A DNA stretch of 32,000 nt, from positions 24,712 through 56,711 of the forward strand of contig DGGR01000022.1 of NCBI GenBank assembly GCA_002392285.1. Reading direction: 5' to 3'. This document shows, piece by piece, positions 1 through 10,251 of the stretch. This DNA comes from Verrucomicrobia bacterium UBA3869. GTDB lineage: Bacteria; Verrucomicrobiota; Verrucomicrobiia; Opitutales; UBA9783. Position 1 is the first letter of the stretch. Each line of letters starts with the position of its first letter. The notes beneath the pieces were generated by a model, which did not search any database, had not been told where the DNA came from, and was given only the letters and a program-made list of their open reading frames with translations. Made by a program: the position numbers and the translations under genes.

Positions 1-100
1 ACATTAAAGGGGTATGAAGCTGAGAGGGAACCTTTGTGATAAGCTCAAGCCCCAGCCAACTTGCTAAAACAATACAAATACCTAACCAACCGTATTCCAT
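1..100 (-). CDS. pntA: NAD(P) transhydrogenase small membrane subunit (alpha part 2 type); N-terminal 33 codons only, gene continues off the left edge
   Basis: The reverse-strand ATG at 100..98 opens MEYGWLGICIVLASWLGLELITKVPSQLHTPLM. This is a hydrophobic helix followed by the VP..LHTPLM(S) motif characteristic of PntA C-terminal/alpha-2 subunits. It is absent from the ORF track because it is truncated. Confidence 0.5.
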   Translation of the reverse strand, partial: MEYGWLGICIVLASWLGLELITKVPSQLHTPLM

Positions 101-349
101 TAAAAAACATACAAAACGCTTTTAAGCTTTTTGTAAATAAAATGTATTTTACTTTATTTGCTTATTGGTTGCTGATGCTGTGTTCTTCTGTTCAGAAGAA
201 AGGTGGTTTTTGCTTGCTTTAACCTATCCTTTAAAACCTCTACGGCACCAATTTTTTCTGATGAATGTTCTTCCGTGAGCATTTTAAGAATTTAAAATGC
301 TAGGCATATTAGCCTAATATATATATAAGGAAATAAAATTTTGCAAAGC

Positions 350-1147
350 TTACTGCACTGGTGGCAGAGGGGTTGGTTCTTGTTCGCCGGATAATACTGC
401 GTAGGGGATACCGCAATCTCCCAGTTTTACGATTTGACGTGCCATATGCTTAAGTGTCCAGCGATGACTGATGAAATTGGTTGCGTTGAAAAACAGCAGT
501 TTTAGGTCGACGGTAAATGAACGGTGTTCTAAGTAAAATAGAGATAAGCGGGAACGTATGGGTTTGCAGATCTGATGAAAGGCTTGCTCGGGGTTATCGT
601 GTTGGGCTAAGAAACGTCCCATGCGCGACAAGAAAATAGATGCAAAATCGGATATACCAGGGGTTAAACGCATTACCTGCTTTTCTTTTGCACTATAGGT
701 TTTCCATTCGCTAAATACTACGGGTCGCGGTCCTATTAATAACATATCGCCTTTAATGACATTAATTAATTGTAAAAACTCATCAATTTTAAAGCGCCGA
801 AATATCCGACCCACCAAGGTGATTTCAGGGGAATTGGAAGGAACGGTGATGTGCGAAGAACGAACCCGCATAGTACGCATTTTAAACATGAGGAAGGGTT
901 TTCCGTCCTTGCCGATTCGCGTGTGGATAAACAGCGGGTGTTTGAAGTCGCTAATCCACATAATGCCGAAGGCAATGATCAAAACGGGCGTTAAGAGGAG
1001 CAACAATACTGCTGCTAATACTCGTTGTGTATAATCCCAAAGTGCCATGAATACTGGTTCTATAAAAGGGATTTGATGAGCGGGTGGCAATCTTAAAAAT
1101 CTATCTGTTTTTGAAAAAATGGGTAAATAAGGGGTTGAAAACGGCAA
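350..1147 (-). CDS. Initiating phosphoglycosyl (sugar) transferase, bacterial sugar transferase family (WbaP/PglC-like)
   Basis: Family motifs are visible in the translation: HPLFIHTRIGKDGKPFLMFKMRTM and KIDEFLQLINVIKGDMLLIGPRP. There is one N-terminal hydrophobic helix (AAVLLLLLTPVLIIAFGIMWI). The true start may be the internal Met at 1048 (MALWDY...). Confidence 0.8.
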   Translation of the reverse strand: MPFSTPYLPIFSKTDRFLRLPPAHQIPFIEPVFMALWDYTQRVLAAVLLLLLTPVLIIAFGIMWISDFKHPLFIHTRIGKDGKPFLMFKMRTMRVRSSHITVPSNSPEITLVGRIFRRFKIDEFLQLINVIKGDMLLIGPRPVVFSEWKTYSAKEKQVMRLTPGISDFASIFLSRMGRFLAQHDNPEQAFHQICKPIRSRLSLFYLEHRSFTVDLKLLFFNATNFISHRWTLKHMARQIVKLGDCGIPYAVLSGEQEPTPLPPVQ

Positions 1148-1300
1148 TAAATGTAGAATATACTTGAATATATCCGTATGATATAATGTACTAAGGCAGT
1201 CAATAAGGCATATGAGCGTTTATGAAAGGCTTGCAATTAAGATTTTATTTGACTTTAGTTTATTAAACTAACCTATTATTTTACTTTAAATAGAAATATT

Positions 1301-1591
1301 ATGAATAAAGCAGAATTAATTAATGAAATCCAAAAAGAAGTCAGCAAGGGTGGAAATGAAGTTTCCAAAGCTTGCATCGAACGCTTCTTGGGAGCAACCC
1401 TAAATGCAATTATGAAGGGTACAAAAAAAGATGGTTCCGTCCAATTAATTGGTTTTGGAACTTTCAAGACAAAGCAATTAAAAGCGCGTAATGGCGTTAA
1501 TCCGCAAACTGGAAAACCCCTGCACATTCCAGCTCGTAAATCTGTTGGATTCAGCGCAAGCAGCGTTTTCAAGGATCTTTGCAAGAAATAA
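1301..1591 (+). CDS. hup: HU/IHF-family DNA-binding protein
   Basis: 96 aa. It starts MNKAELI and carries the beta-arm signature GFGTFKTKQLKARNGVNPQTGKPLHIPARKSVGFSAS. Confidence 0.9.
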   Translation: MNKAELINEIQKEVSKGGNEVSKACIERFLGATLNAIMKGTKKDGSVQLIGFGTFKTKQLKARNGVNPQTGKPLHIPARKSVGFSASSVFKDLCKK

Positions 1592-1625
1592 GTATTATAT
1601 TACACGCATCTAGCATTTAACTGTT

Positions 1626-1826
1626 ATGTTTATCGATCCCGAGTTGATGGAAAAAGCTCTTGCTGCTATTGGCGGCAATAAGAATGTGTTAATCAATATG
1701 GTATCGCATCGGGTTAAGCAGTTAGAGCGTGGGGCAGATCCTCAAGTACATTCTTTAAAGAAGCTGACACTTGAGGATATTGCCTTGCTGGAAATTATTG
1801 AGCATAAAATTCAGGCAGATTATTAA
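1626..1826 (+). CDS. rpoZ: Probable RNA polymerase omega subunit
   Basis: 66 aa. The pattern NKNVLINMVSHRVKQLERG ... LEDIALLEIIEHKI resembles the omega core (N-R/K-x-x-L-V..A..RA.QL..G ... IAL.EI..GKI). The size fits, and it is tightly packed with smpB (2-nt gap). Confidence 0.55.
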   Translation: MFIDPELMEKALAAIGGNKNVLINMVSHRVKQLERGADPQVHSLKKLTLEDIALLEIIEHKIQADY

Positions 1827-1828
1827 TC

Positions 1829-2296
1829 ATGTCTGCAGGTGCATCGGTTGCTGTTTGCAATCGTAAATTAGCGCACGATTTTTTCATCGGAAAAGTTTTT
1901 GAAGCTGGTATTGTCCTTAAGGGGTCGGAGATAAAATCGATACGGAGTGGTGCGGCTACTCTCGACGGTTCTTTTATCCACTTGGATCGCTATGGTCGGC
2001 CCGTATGGATCAATGCTCATATCGGCCCGTATACATTCGACACCGAAGGTTCTTTTAACCCAACACGTTCGCGTTTTCTCCTGCTGCATAAAAAAGAAAT
2101 TGATGAATTGCGTGGGGCGGTAGAACGTAAAGGGGAGAGTATTTTCCCCGTTAAATTATACTTCGCGCATGGATTGGTTAAGCTGCAGATTGCGATTTGC
2201 AAGGCAAAAAAGCTGCACGATAAGCGTCAGGATTTAAAAAAGCGGGTCGAAGAACGGGAAATGGCGCGTAGTGTACGCTCAAGACGCGCGCGGTAA
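1829..2296 (+). CDS. smpB: SsrA (tmRNA)-binding protein SmpB
   Basis: Motifs seen: NRKLAHDFFIGKVFEAGIVLKGSEIKSIR, LLLHKKEI and KLYFAHGLVKLQIAICKAKKLHDKR, plus a basic C-terminal tail. Confidence 0.9.
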   Translation: MSAGASVAVCNRKLAHDFFIGKVFEAGIVLKGSEIKSIRSGAATLDGSFIHLDRYGRPVWINAHIGPYTFDTEGSFNPTRSRFLLLHKKEIDELRGAVERKGESIFPVKLYFAHGLVKLQIAICKAKKLHDKRQDLKKRVEEREMARSVRSRRAR

Positions 2297-2337
2297 GTTA
2301 TTGGTGGTTTGTAAGCGTTTTTGTCTGCCCTGAAGCG

Positions 2338-2919
2338 ATGAGTAGTGCATCCGAAAGTCCGCAGAATGTTTTAGTGGGTTATGATCGATCCCGGTTCCGG
2401 CAATGGTTGAGCCGGCATGTAGACAGCGAAAATGAGTGTTGGGTGCGTTTGAAGCGCGGGAAACCCATTCCGGGGGTATTTAATTATCTGGATGCCGTGG
2501 AAGAAGCGCTTTGTTTTGGTTGGATCGATAGCGTATGTAAAGTTTTTCCTGAATATGGGTGTTTGCAAAGGTTTAGTCCACGGGTTGGGAAAAGCCATTG
2601 GACGGAATTGAATAAGGCTAGGGTTCAGCGTTTGGAACGCTTAGGGTTGATGACCGATGCCGGCCGAGCAGTTTTTCCTAACGAAGTATTCCGCATCCAA
2701 AACGATTTGCAGAAGCTGCTCCAGGAGGATCCAGATTTGGCTCAAAAATTTTACGCCTTTCCAAAGCTCTATCAACGCGTACGCTTGGATTCCATTCAGT
2801 ATCAGCAAGGGCATCCGGAAGTATACGAGCGCATGAAGGCCAATTTTATTCGCTATACCCAGCAAGGCCGGATGTATGGCCAATGGAATGATTGGGGGCG
2901 TTTGACTGACCCAGGGTAA
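2338..2919 (+). CDS. YdeI/OmpD-associated family protein (uncharacterised)
   Basis: The pattern W..WL..H.....ECWVRLKRG...L.Y.DAVEEALCFGWIDS......QRFSPR..KS.WTELNK.RV..L...G.M..AG matches my recollection of the YdeI/OmdA family. Confidence 0.6.
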   Translation: MSSASESPQNVLVGYDRSRFRQWLSRHVDSENECWVRLKRGKPIPGVFNYLDAVEEALCFGWIDSVCKVFPEYGCLQRFSPRVGKSHWTELNKARVQRLERLGLMTDAGRAVFPNEVFRIQNDLQKLLQEDPDLAQKFYAFPKLYQRVRLDSIQYQQGHPEVYERMKANFIRYTQQGRMYGQWNDWGRLTDPG

Positions 2920-2976
2920 TTCTGATTGCTTTGACTTACGTAATCGGTTGTGATTAATAACAAAAGTGTCTTAAAT

Positions 2977-2983
2977 GAGGAGG
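2977..2983 (+). promoter_or_regulatory. Shine-Dalgarno sequence for glyA
   Basis: GAGGAGG lies 9 nt upstream of the ATG at 2993. Confidence 0.6.
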
Positions 2984-2992
2984 TAGTACGAT

Positions 2993-4258
2993 ATGATGAA
3001 TGCTTACACAGGTATTTCAGGGGAATCATTAGCGGTAATCGATCCAGAAATAGCACGCTGTATTCAGCAAGAAAAGCGGCGCCAAAATGAGGGGCTTGAG
3101 CTGATTGCATCGGAAAACTTTACCTTGCCAGCCATTATGGAAGCGGTTGGGAGTGTATTGACCAATAAATACTGCGAGGGCTATCCGCGCAAACGCTATT
3201 ATGGAGGATGCGAGTATGCTGATCAAATAGAACAATTGGCCATTGATCGCGCAAAGCAGTTGTTCGGGGCAGAGCATGCGAATGTACAACCGCATTCGGG
3301 CACTCAAGCGAATTTGGCAGTTTATTTGTCAGTTTTAAAGCCTGGGGATACCTTGTTGACCATGCGCTTGGATTGTGGCGGTCACTTGTCCCATGGCTAC
3401 GCTAAAAACGCGAGCGGTATGCTATTTAAAGTTATCCATTATGGGGTGGATTTAACAAGCGGCCGCATTGATTATGATGAGTTAGAGGCGGTTGCGATGC
3501 GCGAAAAACCAGCCATGATTACTGTAGGAGCTTCGGCTTATCCGCGTATCATCGATTTTGAACGCATGGGAGCAATCGCAAAAGCGTGTGGTGCCTATTT
3601 AATGGCGGATATTGCGCATATAGCAGGATTAGTTGCTGCAGGTATTCATCCATCGCCCGTTCCGTATGCAGATTTTGTTACTACTACGACCCATAAAACC
3701 TTACGGGGACCGCGCGGAGGACTGGTTCTTTGCAAGGAACAGTATGCAAAGGCGTTGGATTCAATGGTATTTCCTGGGATTCAAGGCGGACCGTTGATGC
3801 ACGTGATTGCCGGCAAGGCAGTATGTTTTAAGGAAGCCTTACAGCCGGAATTTAAACAATATCAACAGCAGATTATTAAGAATACGGCTTGTTTAGCGGA
3901 AGCAATGCACAAAAAAGGTTATGCCTTGGTCAGTGGAGGAACGGACAATCATCTGTTTTTAATCGATTTGCGTCCATCGCGTCCTGATTTAAGCGGTAAG
4001 CAAGCGCAGAATTTATTAGAAGCCAATAAGATTACGGTTAATCGCAATACAATTCCTGGCGAAACCCGCAGCCCGTTTGAAACGAGTGGGTTACGTATTG
4101 GAACGGCTGCGTTGACTTCGCGAGGCATGGGGTGCGCTGAAATGGAAACCATTGCTGATTTAATGGATCAAACCCTACAGGAAGGTAAAGCGGAAGGAAA
4201 TGCGGCGATTCGTGAGCAGGTAAAGGCGTTGTGCGAAACTTACCCTCTGCCTTATTAA
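2993..4258 (+). CDS. glyA: Serine hydroxymethyltransferase
   Basis: 421 aa. Motifs seen: [22 protein letters not shown] and the PLP-lysine motif [14 protein letters not shown]. Confidence 0.95.
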   Translation: MMNAYTGISGESLAVIDPEIARCIQQEKRRQNEGLELIASENFTLPAIMEAVGSVLTNKYCEGYPRKRYYGGCEYADQIEQLAIDRAKQLFGAEHANVQPHSGTQANLAVYLSVLKPGDTLLTMRLDCGGHLSHGYAKNASGMLFKVIHYGVDLTSGRIDYDELEAVAMREKPAMITVGASAYPRIIDFERMGAIAKACGAYLMADIAHIAGLVAAGIHPSPVPYADFVTTTTHKTLRGPRGGLVLCKEQYAKALDSMVFPGIQGGPLMHVIAGKAVCFKEALQPEFKQYQQQIIKNTACLAEAMHKKGYALVSGGTDNHLFLIDLRPSRPDLSGKQAQNLLEANKITVNRNTIPGETRSPFETSGLRIGTAALTSRGMGCAEMETIADLMDQTLQEGKAEGNAAIREQVKALCETYPLPY

Positions 4259-4279
4259 TAACGGTTGTGAGGCAAACAA

Positions 4280-4918
4280 GTGAGTGAAGCTATGGGAGCC
4301 CTAATTGTATTTGAAGGTGGAGATGGATGTGGAAAAACAACCCAAGTCCAGTTGTTGGCGGAACGCTTAAAAAAAAACCATCAAATTTTACTGATGCGTG
4401 AGCCGGGTGGAACGGATGTCAGTGAAGCTATACGCGAAATTTTACTCAACCCAAAACTTTCGGTTAAACCCGAGGCGGAATTGTTGCTTTTTGCCGCAAG
4501 CCGCGCTCAATTGGTTCGCGAACGTATTATTCCAGCATTAAAGATGGGGTTGTTTGTTATTTGCGATCGTTTTGTGGAGTCTACCACAGTATATCAGGGG
4601 ATTGCGCGGCATATGGGGTTGCAAGCGGTTGAAGCGGTAAACAAAATTGCCTTGGGGGACTTAGTTCCGACGGTAACGTTTTTACTGAACGTTCCTTGTC
4701 AGACCAGCCGACAGCGTATTTTTTTACGCAACGGGGCTGATTTTGGCTTGGATCGTATGGAGCGTGAGGATTTTTCGTTCGATGGATCGATCCAAAATGG
4801 TTATTTGGAGTTAGCAAAACAACATCCGGATCGTATGGTGGTAGTCGATGGTACGCCCGATCCAAAGGTTGTTTCTGATACCATTTGGGAGCATTTGAAG
4901 GCAAGGGGCTTAGTGTGA
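4280..4918 (+). CDS. tmk: Thymidylate kinase
   Basis: It has the P-loop FEGGDGCGKTTQ, then REPGGT and a DRF motif (ICDRFVESTTVYQG). GTG start at 4280, or ATG at 4292. Confidence 0.9.
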   Translation: MSEAMGALIVFEGGDGCGKTTQVQLLAERLKKNHQILLMREPGGTDVSEAIREILLNPKLSVKPEAELLLFAASRAQLVRERIIPALKMGLFVICDRFVESTTVYQGIARHMGLQAVEAVNKIALGDLVPTVTFLLNVPCQTSRQRIFLRNGADFGLDRMEREDFSFDGSIQNGYLELAKQHPDRMVVVDGTPDPKVVSDTIWEHLKARGLV

Positions 4919-5751
4919 TCGATCTGAAACAGTATTGGGCTAAAGTGCCACAAAGTGTATTGCTGTCAGGTGGGGTGTTTACGGAGGTAAGCGCGTTTGC
5001 TGAACAATGGGCTGCCAATATCATGCAAACGTCGTGCGAAACGGTGCGGCAGCATCCGAATTTCCGTGCGCTTTATCCGGTCAATAGGATGCGCCAAATT
5101 TCCGTTGATGCTTTGCGTGCATTGATTCACTGGGTTTATACCAGCGCTCAAGGGAATAAGGTGTGTATGATTTACGAAGCGGATCGCTTGAATCTTGCGG
5201 CTGCCAATGCCTTATTGAAGGTGTTGGAGGAGCCGGCAGAACATACCTCGATTTTTTTGTTAACGCAACGCCCATATGATCTGTTACCGACGGTGCGCAG
5301 CCGTTGTTGGTGGGTTCAATTGCCTTCGGATGGGGCTTTGGCATCGTCCGACAATGTTTTACAGGGGTGTTTGACCGATTTAAGCCAGTACGTAACGGAT
5401 TACCTAGAGCAAGGAGTTCCTCTAGATCCGTTGAAGGTTTATGGGCTGCTGTACCGTTTCCAGGGGTACTTAAACCATCAAATTGAGCAAGTTGAAGTAG
5501 AAGGTACTTTGTTAGAAGCAGAAGAGAAGGTAGGACAGCAAGCTCGGATGGAAAAGCAGTGGGTGCAGCAATTGTTTACGGAAGTAGAGCGTACTTTGAA
5601 CGCCTGGGTTCATGAACATGCCCTTTCGGCACTTGGCAGGGTGCGTTATGCGCAATGGGTAAGTGATTTAGAAAAAGCTTACCGACGAACGGAGGTAAAT
5701 TTTGGTGCTATTGCCTCTTTAGAATCTTTTTTGTTAACTTTGTGTGTTTGA
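4885..5751 (+). CDS. holB: DNA polymerase III delta-prime subunit
   Basis: The clamp-loader signature ANALLKVLEEPAEHTSIFLLT...LLPTVRSRC is present. The N-terminal P-loop is degenerate, as is usual for delta-prime. The start is uncertain: a GTG at 4915 would give a GTGA overlap with the tmk stop. Confidence 0.75.
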   Translation: MGAFEGKGLSVIDLKQYWAKVPQSVLLSGGVFTEVSAFAEQWAANIMQTSCETVRQHPNFRALYPVNRMRQISVDALRALIHWVYTSAQGNKVCMIYEADRLNLAAANALLKVLEEPAEHTSIFLLTQRPYDLLPTVRSRCWWVQLPSDGALASSDNVLQGCLTDLSQYVTDYLEQGVPLDPLKVYGLLYRFQGYLNHQIEQVEVEGTLLEAEEKVGQQARMEKQWVQQLFTEVERTLNAWVHEHALSALGRVRYAQWVSDLEKAYRRTEVNFGAIASLESFLLTLCV

Positions 5752-5754
5752 TTT

Positions 5755-6708
5755 ATGAATACGTTAGAAGCTTTGCAGCGCTATACACGCGTCGTTGCCG
5801 ATACGGGTCAGGTAGATGAAATTCGTCAATTGCATCCGGAGGAAGCTACCACTAATCCCAGTTTGTTGCTCAAAGTATTTCAGTCGGACTCCGGTAACCA
5901 GCTGTTGGATAAGGTTTATGAGGCGTTGAAAGCCAAACGTAAATCCGTACCGTCGGTGTCGGATATTGCCCAAATGGCTTTAGTATGGGTTGCAAAAGAT
6001 ATTTTGTCGTGCATCTCAGGACGAGTCTCTATTGAGATAGAAGCGCGCCTTTCCTTCGATACGCAAGCGATGATACAAGCTGCTAAGCATTTAGTTCAAT
6101 CCTGTAAGGATTTTGGTATCGATACCCACCGTATTTTGATTAAAATCGCTGCTACTTGGGAAGGAATCCAGGCTGCGCGTGAATTGGAAGATTTGGGAAT
6201 TGCCTGCAATGCCACCTTGATTTTTCATGAACAGCAGGCGTTGGCATGTGCTCAGGCAGGCGTTACCTTGATTTCGCCCTTTGTCGGCCGTATTTACGAT
6301 TGGTATGTAGCGCGAGGATTGTGGAAAAAAGGCGAGGTTGACCCAGGTGTGCAATCCGTACAGCGTATTTTTACCTTGTTAAAATCCCAAGGGTACAAAA
6401 CCGAGATTATGGGTGCGAGTTTTCGCAATATTCAGGAAATTTTGTCCTTAGTAGGATGCGACCGGTTGACGATTGCGCCGAAATTTTTGAAGCAGCTAGC
6501 GGAATCAACGGAGTCTGCAGAACTCAAATTGAAAGCGCCTGCGTTGGCTAAAGAAAAGTTGCCGCCGGTAACCGAAGCAGCCTTTCGTTGGGCTTTAAAT
6601 CAGGATCCAATGGCGACTGAAAAATTATCTGACGGTATCCGTTCGTTTGCTCAGGATGGCGTTAAATTGGAGCAGTTGATTCAGGAGTATTTAGATAATA
6701 AAGCTTAG
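5755..6708 (+). CDS. tal: Transaldolase (TalB-type)
   Basis: 317 aa. Motifs seen: VADTG, ATTNPSLLL, ILIKIAATWEGIQAA, CNATLIF and ISPFVGRIYDW. Confidence 0.9.
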   Translation: MNTLEALQRYTRVVADTGQVDEIRQLHPEEATTNPSLLLKVFQSDSGNQLLDKVYEALKAKRKSVPSVSDIAQMALVWVAKDILSCISGRVSIEIEARLSFDTQAMIQAAKHLVQSCKDFGIDTHRILIKIAATWEGIQAARELEDLGIACNATLIFHEQQALACAQAGVTLISPFVGRIYDWYVARGLWKKGEVDPGVQSVQRIFTLLKSQGYKTEIMGASFRNIQEILSLVGCDRLTIAPKFLKQLAESTESAELKLKAPALAKEKLPPVTEAAFRWALNQDPMATEKLSDGIRSFAQDGVKLEQLIQEYLDNKA

Positions 6709-6734
6709 CTTAGCAATCAATGCAGTGAATACTT

Positions 6735-8279
6735 ATGAAGAACTTTTTCATTACCACTCCCATTTATTACCCGTCTGGAAATCCGCACATTGGGCATTGT
6801 TACACAACGGTAGCGTGCGATGTGATTGCGCGGTATCATCGGATGAGGGGCGATAAGGTTCTGTTTTTAACCGGAACGGATGAGCATGGATTAAAAATTG
6901 AGCAAAAAGCGACGCAGGAAGGGATTACCCCGCAAGCGTACGTTGACCGCATAACAGATAGCTTTAAGCAGGTATGGGAGTTATTGAATATCAGCTATGA
7001 CCGTTTTGTACGTACGACCGATGCCTATCATGTAAAAACGGTACAGGCGGTGTTTCAGAAGCTATGCGACCGTGGATTTATTTATAAAGGAACATATACT
7101 GGTCAATACTGTACGCCGTGCGAAACCTTTTGGCCAGCCAAACAATTGGTTAATGGGCGCTGTCCGGATTGCGGGCGCGAGGTGATTGATGCCAGCGAAG
7201 AAGCGTACTTTTTTAAACTTTCTCAGTTTACCGACCGCTTGGAGCATTTGCTGCTGAACACGGATTATTTGCAGCCAAAATCCCGTGCGCTTGAGCTGGT
7301 TAACAATTTTATTAAGCCAGGATTGGAAGATTTATGCGTAACGCGCTCCAGTTTTACTTGGGGGATTCCGGTTCCGTCCGATCCCAAACATATTGTGTAT
7401 GTCTGGATTGATGCGCTATCGAACTACCTGAGTGCGTTGGGGTATGAAAATGACCAATTTTCGGGCGATTTTAATCAATTTTGGCCTGCCAATGCTCATT
7501 TGGTTGCTAAGGATATCATGCGTTTCCATGCCATCATTTGGCCAGCGTTATTGATGGCCTTGGATTTGCCGCTGCCTAAGCGTTTGGTGGTGCATGGGTG
7601 GATTTTGATGGATGGGCAAAAAATGAGCAAATCGGTAGGCAATGTGGTTGCCCCGAAGCCGTTGTGCGACCAGTACGGGGTGGATGCGGTGCGTTATCAT
7701 ATCCTGCGCGAAATGATTTTGGAAAACGACAGCGTATTTTCGCCCGATGTCATGCTCGCGCGCTATAACGCGGATTTAGCCAATGGCTTGGGCAATGGGG
7801 TTTCGCGAACCGTTGCTATGGTCGAAAAATACTTTTGGGGGACTTTGCCAGCCGAACGCAGTGCAGCGCCCGTTGATGAGCCATTAATTGCCGCTGCAAG
7901 TGCATTAAAAGCAAAAGTGGATCAGGCGATTGATGCTTCGCGCTTGAATGAAGCCCTAGCAGCAATCTTTTCAGTGGTCGATGCCGCCAACAAATATGTG
8001 GATGAAACCGCACCCTGGAAATTAGCCAAAGATCCGCAGCAAAAAGCCCGTTTAGCGACTGTTTTGTATAACTTGCTGGAAACGTGGCGTATCGTTAGTG
8101 GCTTATTATTGCCCTTTATGCCTACCACCATGCCGCGTTTATGGAAGCAAATCGGCGTGTCGGAATCCGATGTGACTTATGGTCGTTTGGCTCAATGGGG
8201 CGCGTTAAACCCAAATATTACTGTCCAAAAAGGTGCAGTCTTGTTTCCGAGGATCGAGGTGGAATCGCCTAGCGTTTAG
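6735..8279 (+). CDS. metG: Methionyl-tRNA synthetase (short form without C-terminal tRNA-binding domain)
   Basis: It has the HIGH motif (GNPHIGHCYT), the KMSKS motif (QKMSKSVGN) and a zinc knuckle (CTPCE...CPDCG). Confidence 0.95.
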   Translation: MKNFFITTPIYYPSGNPHIGHCYTTVACDVIARYHRMRGDKVLFLTGTDEHGLKIEQKATQEGITPQAYVDRITDSFKQVWELLNISYDRFVRTTDAYHVKTVQAVFQKLCDRGFIYKGTYTGQYCTPCETFWPAKQLVNGRCPDCGREVIDASEEAYFFKLSQFTDRLEHLLLNTDYLQPKSRALELVNNFIKPGLEDLCVTRSSFTWGIPVPSDPKHIVYVWIDALSNYLSALGYENDQFSGDFNQFWPANAHLVAKDIMRFHAIIWPALLMALDLPLPKRLVVHGWILMDGQKMSKSVGNVVAPKPLCDQYGVDAVRYHILREMILENDSVFSPDVMLARYNADLANGLGNGVSRTVAMVEKYFWGTLPAERSAAPVDEPLIAAASALKAKVDQAIDASRLNEALAAIFSVVDAANKYVDETAPWKLAKDPQQKARLATVLYNLLETWRIVSGLLLPFMPTTMPRLWKQIGVSESDVTYGRLAQWGALNPNITVQKGAVLFPRIEVESPSV

Positions 8280-8395
8280 CAGATCCTGAAGTGGTTTGGG
8301 AGAGGGGGTTATATTTTTCTAGGTGTACAGCTTAGGATCAAAGATGCAACAGGGTTTGGACGATTCGTATGCTTAATAGCTAAGCCCTATTATTG

Positions 8396-10177
8396 CTACC
8401 GTGACTTCAAAATATTTACGAAGGTTTCCTGAGGGATAAAGACGTGACCGATTTGTTTCATCCGTTTTTTCCCCTCTTTTTGTTTTTCGAGTAGCTTGCG
8501 TTTACGGGTGATATCGCCGCCGTAACACTTAGCGGTGACATCCTTTCGGTATGCGCTTAAGGTTTCGCGAGCAACCACTTTGCCGCCAACTGCTGCTTGA
8601 ATGGGTACTTTAAACATTTGTCGCGGGAGTAAATCCTTAAGGCGTTCGCAGAGCATGCGGCCATGGGATTCAGATTTTTCGCGATGAATAATACAGGAAA
8701 AGGCATCGACCGGTTCGCCGTTTACCAAAATGTCCATTTTAACCAAATCGGACGGTACGTAATCGCTGAATTCGTAGTCCATGGATCCGTATCCCTTGGT
8801 TAAGCTTTTTAGGCGGTCATTGAAGTCCAACAGGATTTCATTTAACGGCAGGATGCAGGTGAGCAGGACGCGCTGTTCATCAATGCTTTCGGTGGATAAA
8901 CAGGTACCGCGTTTTTCTCGGATTAAATCGAGTATATACCCAATAGTATCGTTGGGGATATGAATGGAGGCTTTAATGGTTGGTTCTTCCAAATGGTCAA
9001 TGTTCGAAGGGTCGGGCAGGCGCAGGGGATTATCGATATCTACCTCCGTGCCATCCGTTAAAAATACGTGATAAACGACGCTCGGATAGGTTGCGATGAG
9101 ATCTAGGTTGTATTCGCGGTGCAAGCGCTCTTGGATAATTTCCATGTGTAGCAGCCCCAAAAATCCGCAGCGGAAGCCAAAACCTAAAGCGGTTGAGCTT
9201 TCTGCTTGAAAGGTCAAAGAAGCATCGTTCAATTGAAGCTTGGCAAGCCCAGCTTTTAAGCGCTCGTATTCGCTGGTATCCAAGGGGTAAATGCCGCTAA
9301 ATACCATGGGTTTGATTTCTTTGTAACCAGGAAGCGGTTGGTCAGCCGGATTCTGAGCCGATGTAATCGTATCGCCAATCTTAATGTCCGTTAGGGTTTT
9401 TAAGCTGGTAATAATATAACCCACATCGCCGTTGTGGAGTGTTTCAACTGGCTGCATGTGTGGTGTAAAAATACCAATTTCCTTTGCTTGTAGTACGCCA
9501 TTCGCATGGCGCATCATCGTGAGCGTTTGCCCGGGTTTTAAGCTGCCGTTCACCAAGCGTACATAGCAAATAATCCCCTTGTAGGTATTATACACTGCAT
9601 CAAAGATGAGTGCTTGCAGAGGAGCATCGGAAGCCCCTTTGGGGGGCGGAATACGTTCGATAATTGCCTGCAGCAGCTCAGGGACGCCTGCGCCGGTTTT
9701 ACCACTGACATTCAGGGTTTCATTGGCCGGAATCGCCAACATATCTTCGATTTGTCGTTTAACCCGTTCTGGATTTGCGCTTGGAAGGTCGATTTTGTTG
9801 AGAACCGGAATGATGGTGAGGCCGTTTTGCATAGCCAGTAACGCATTCGCCATCGTTTGCGCTTCAATCCCCTGAGAGGCATCAATCAAGAGAATGGCTC
9901 CTTCGCAAGCCGCTAAACTGCGGGCAACTTCGTACGAAAAATCAACGTGCCCCGGCGTATCAATGAGGTTCAACAGATAATTTTTGTAATGGAGGGTAAC
10001 CGGATGGGATTTGATGGTAATACCTTTTTCGCGTTCCAAATCCATTGAGTCGAGCAATTGGTCTTGCATCTTGTGCTTATCAACCGTTTGGGTCATTTCC
10101 AATAGGCGATCTGATAGCGTCGTCTTCCCATGATCCACATGGGCAATGATACAAAAATTGCGAATTGAATCCTCCAT
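8396..10177 (-). CDS. lepA: Elongation factor 4 (LepA)
   Basis: 593 aa. It has GTPase motifs IIAHVDHGKTTL, DTPGHVDF and NKIDL, plus the LepA C-terminal region (...YGGDITRKRKLLEKQKEGKKRMK). Confidence 0.95.
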   Translation of the reverse strand: MEDSIRNFCIIAHVDHGKTTLSDRLLEMTQTVDKHKMQDQLLDSMDLEREKGITIKSHPVTLHYKNYLLNLIDTPGHVDFSYEVARSLAACEGAILLIDASQGIEAQTMANALLAMQNGLTIIPVLNKIDLPSANPERVKRQIEDMLAIPANETLNVSGKTGAGVPELLQAIIERIPPPKGASDAPLQALIFDAVYNTYKGIICYVRLVNGSLKPGQTLTMMRHANGVLQAKEIGIFTPHMQPVETLHNGDVGYIITSLKTLTDIKIGDTITSAQNPADQPLPGYKEIKPMVFSGIYPLDTSEYERLKAGLAKLQLNDASLTFQAESSTALGFGFRCGFLGLLHMEIIQERLHREYNLDLIATYPSVVYHVFLTDGTEVDIDNPLRLPDPSNIDHLEEPTIKASIHIPNDTIGYILDLIREKRGTCLSTESIDEQRVLLTCILPLNEILLDFNDRLKSLTKGYGSMDYEFSDYVPSDLVKMDILVNGEPVDAFSCIIHREKSESHGRMLCERLKDLLPRQMFKVPIQAAVGGKVVARETLSAYRKDVTAKCYGGDITRKRKLLEKQKEGKKRMKQIGHVFIPQETFVNILKSR

Positions 10178-10251
10178 TATGCTTGCATCATAAATGAAAA
10201 ACCGGCATTAGGCATCAAAAAAGTCACATAAAGCGCGGATTTTGCTTCCAT

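Noticed and set aside
183-200. Perfect palindrome TTCTTCTG-TT-CAGAAGAA followed a few bases later by TTTTT
   Set aside because: I considered it as a Rho-independent terminator. The T-run is separated from the stem by AGGTGG, no plus-strand gene lies upstream, and on the minus strand no T-run follows. The stem is AT-rich, so I make no confident call.
4581-5024. 147-aa minus-strand ORF overlapping tmk/holB, and similar shadow ORFs at 12848-13219, 17536-17862 and 29809-30201
   Set aside because: All lie antisense within genes that have strong family motifs. Their translations are low-complexity with no recognisable motif, so they are treated as shadow ORFs.
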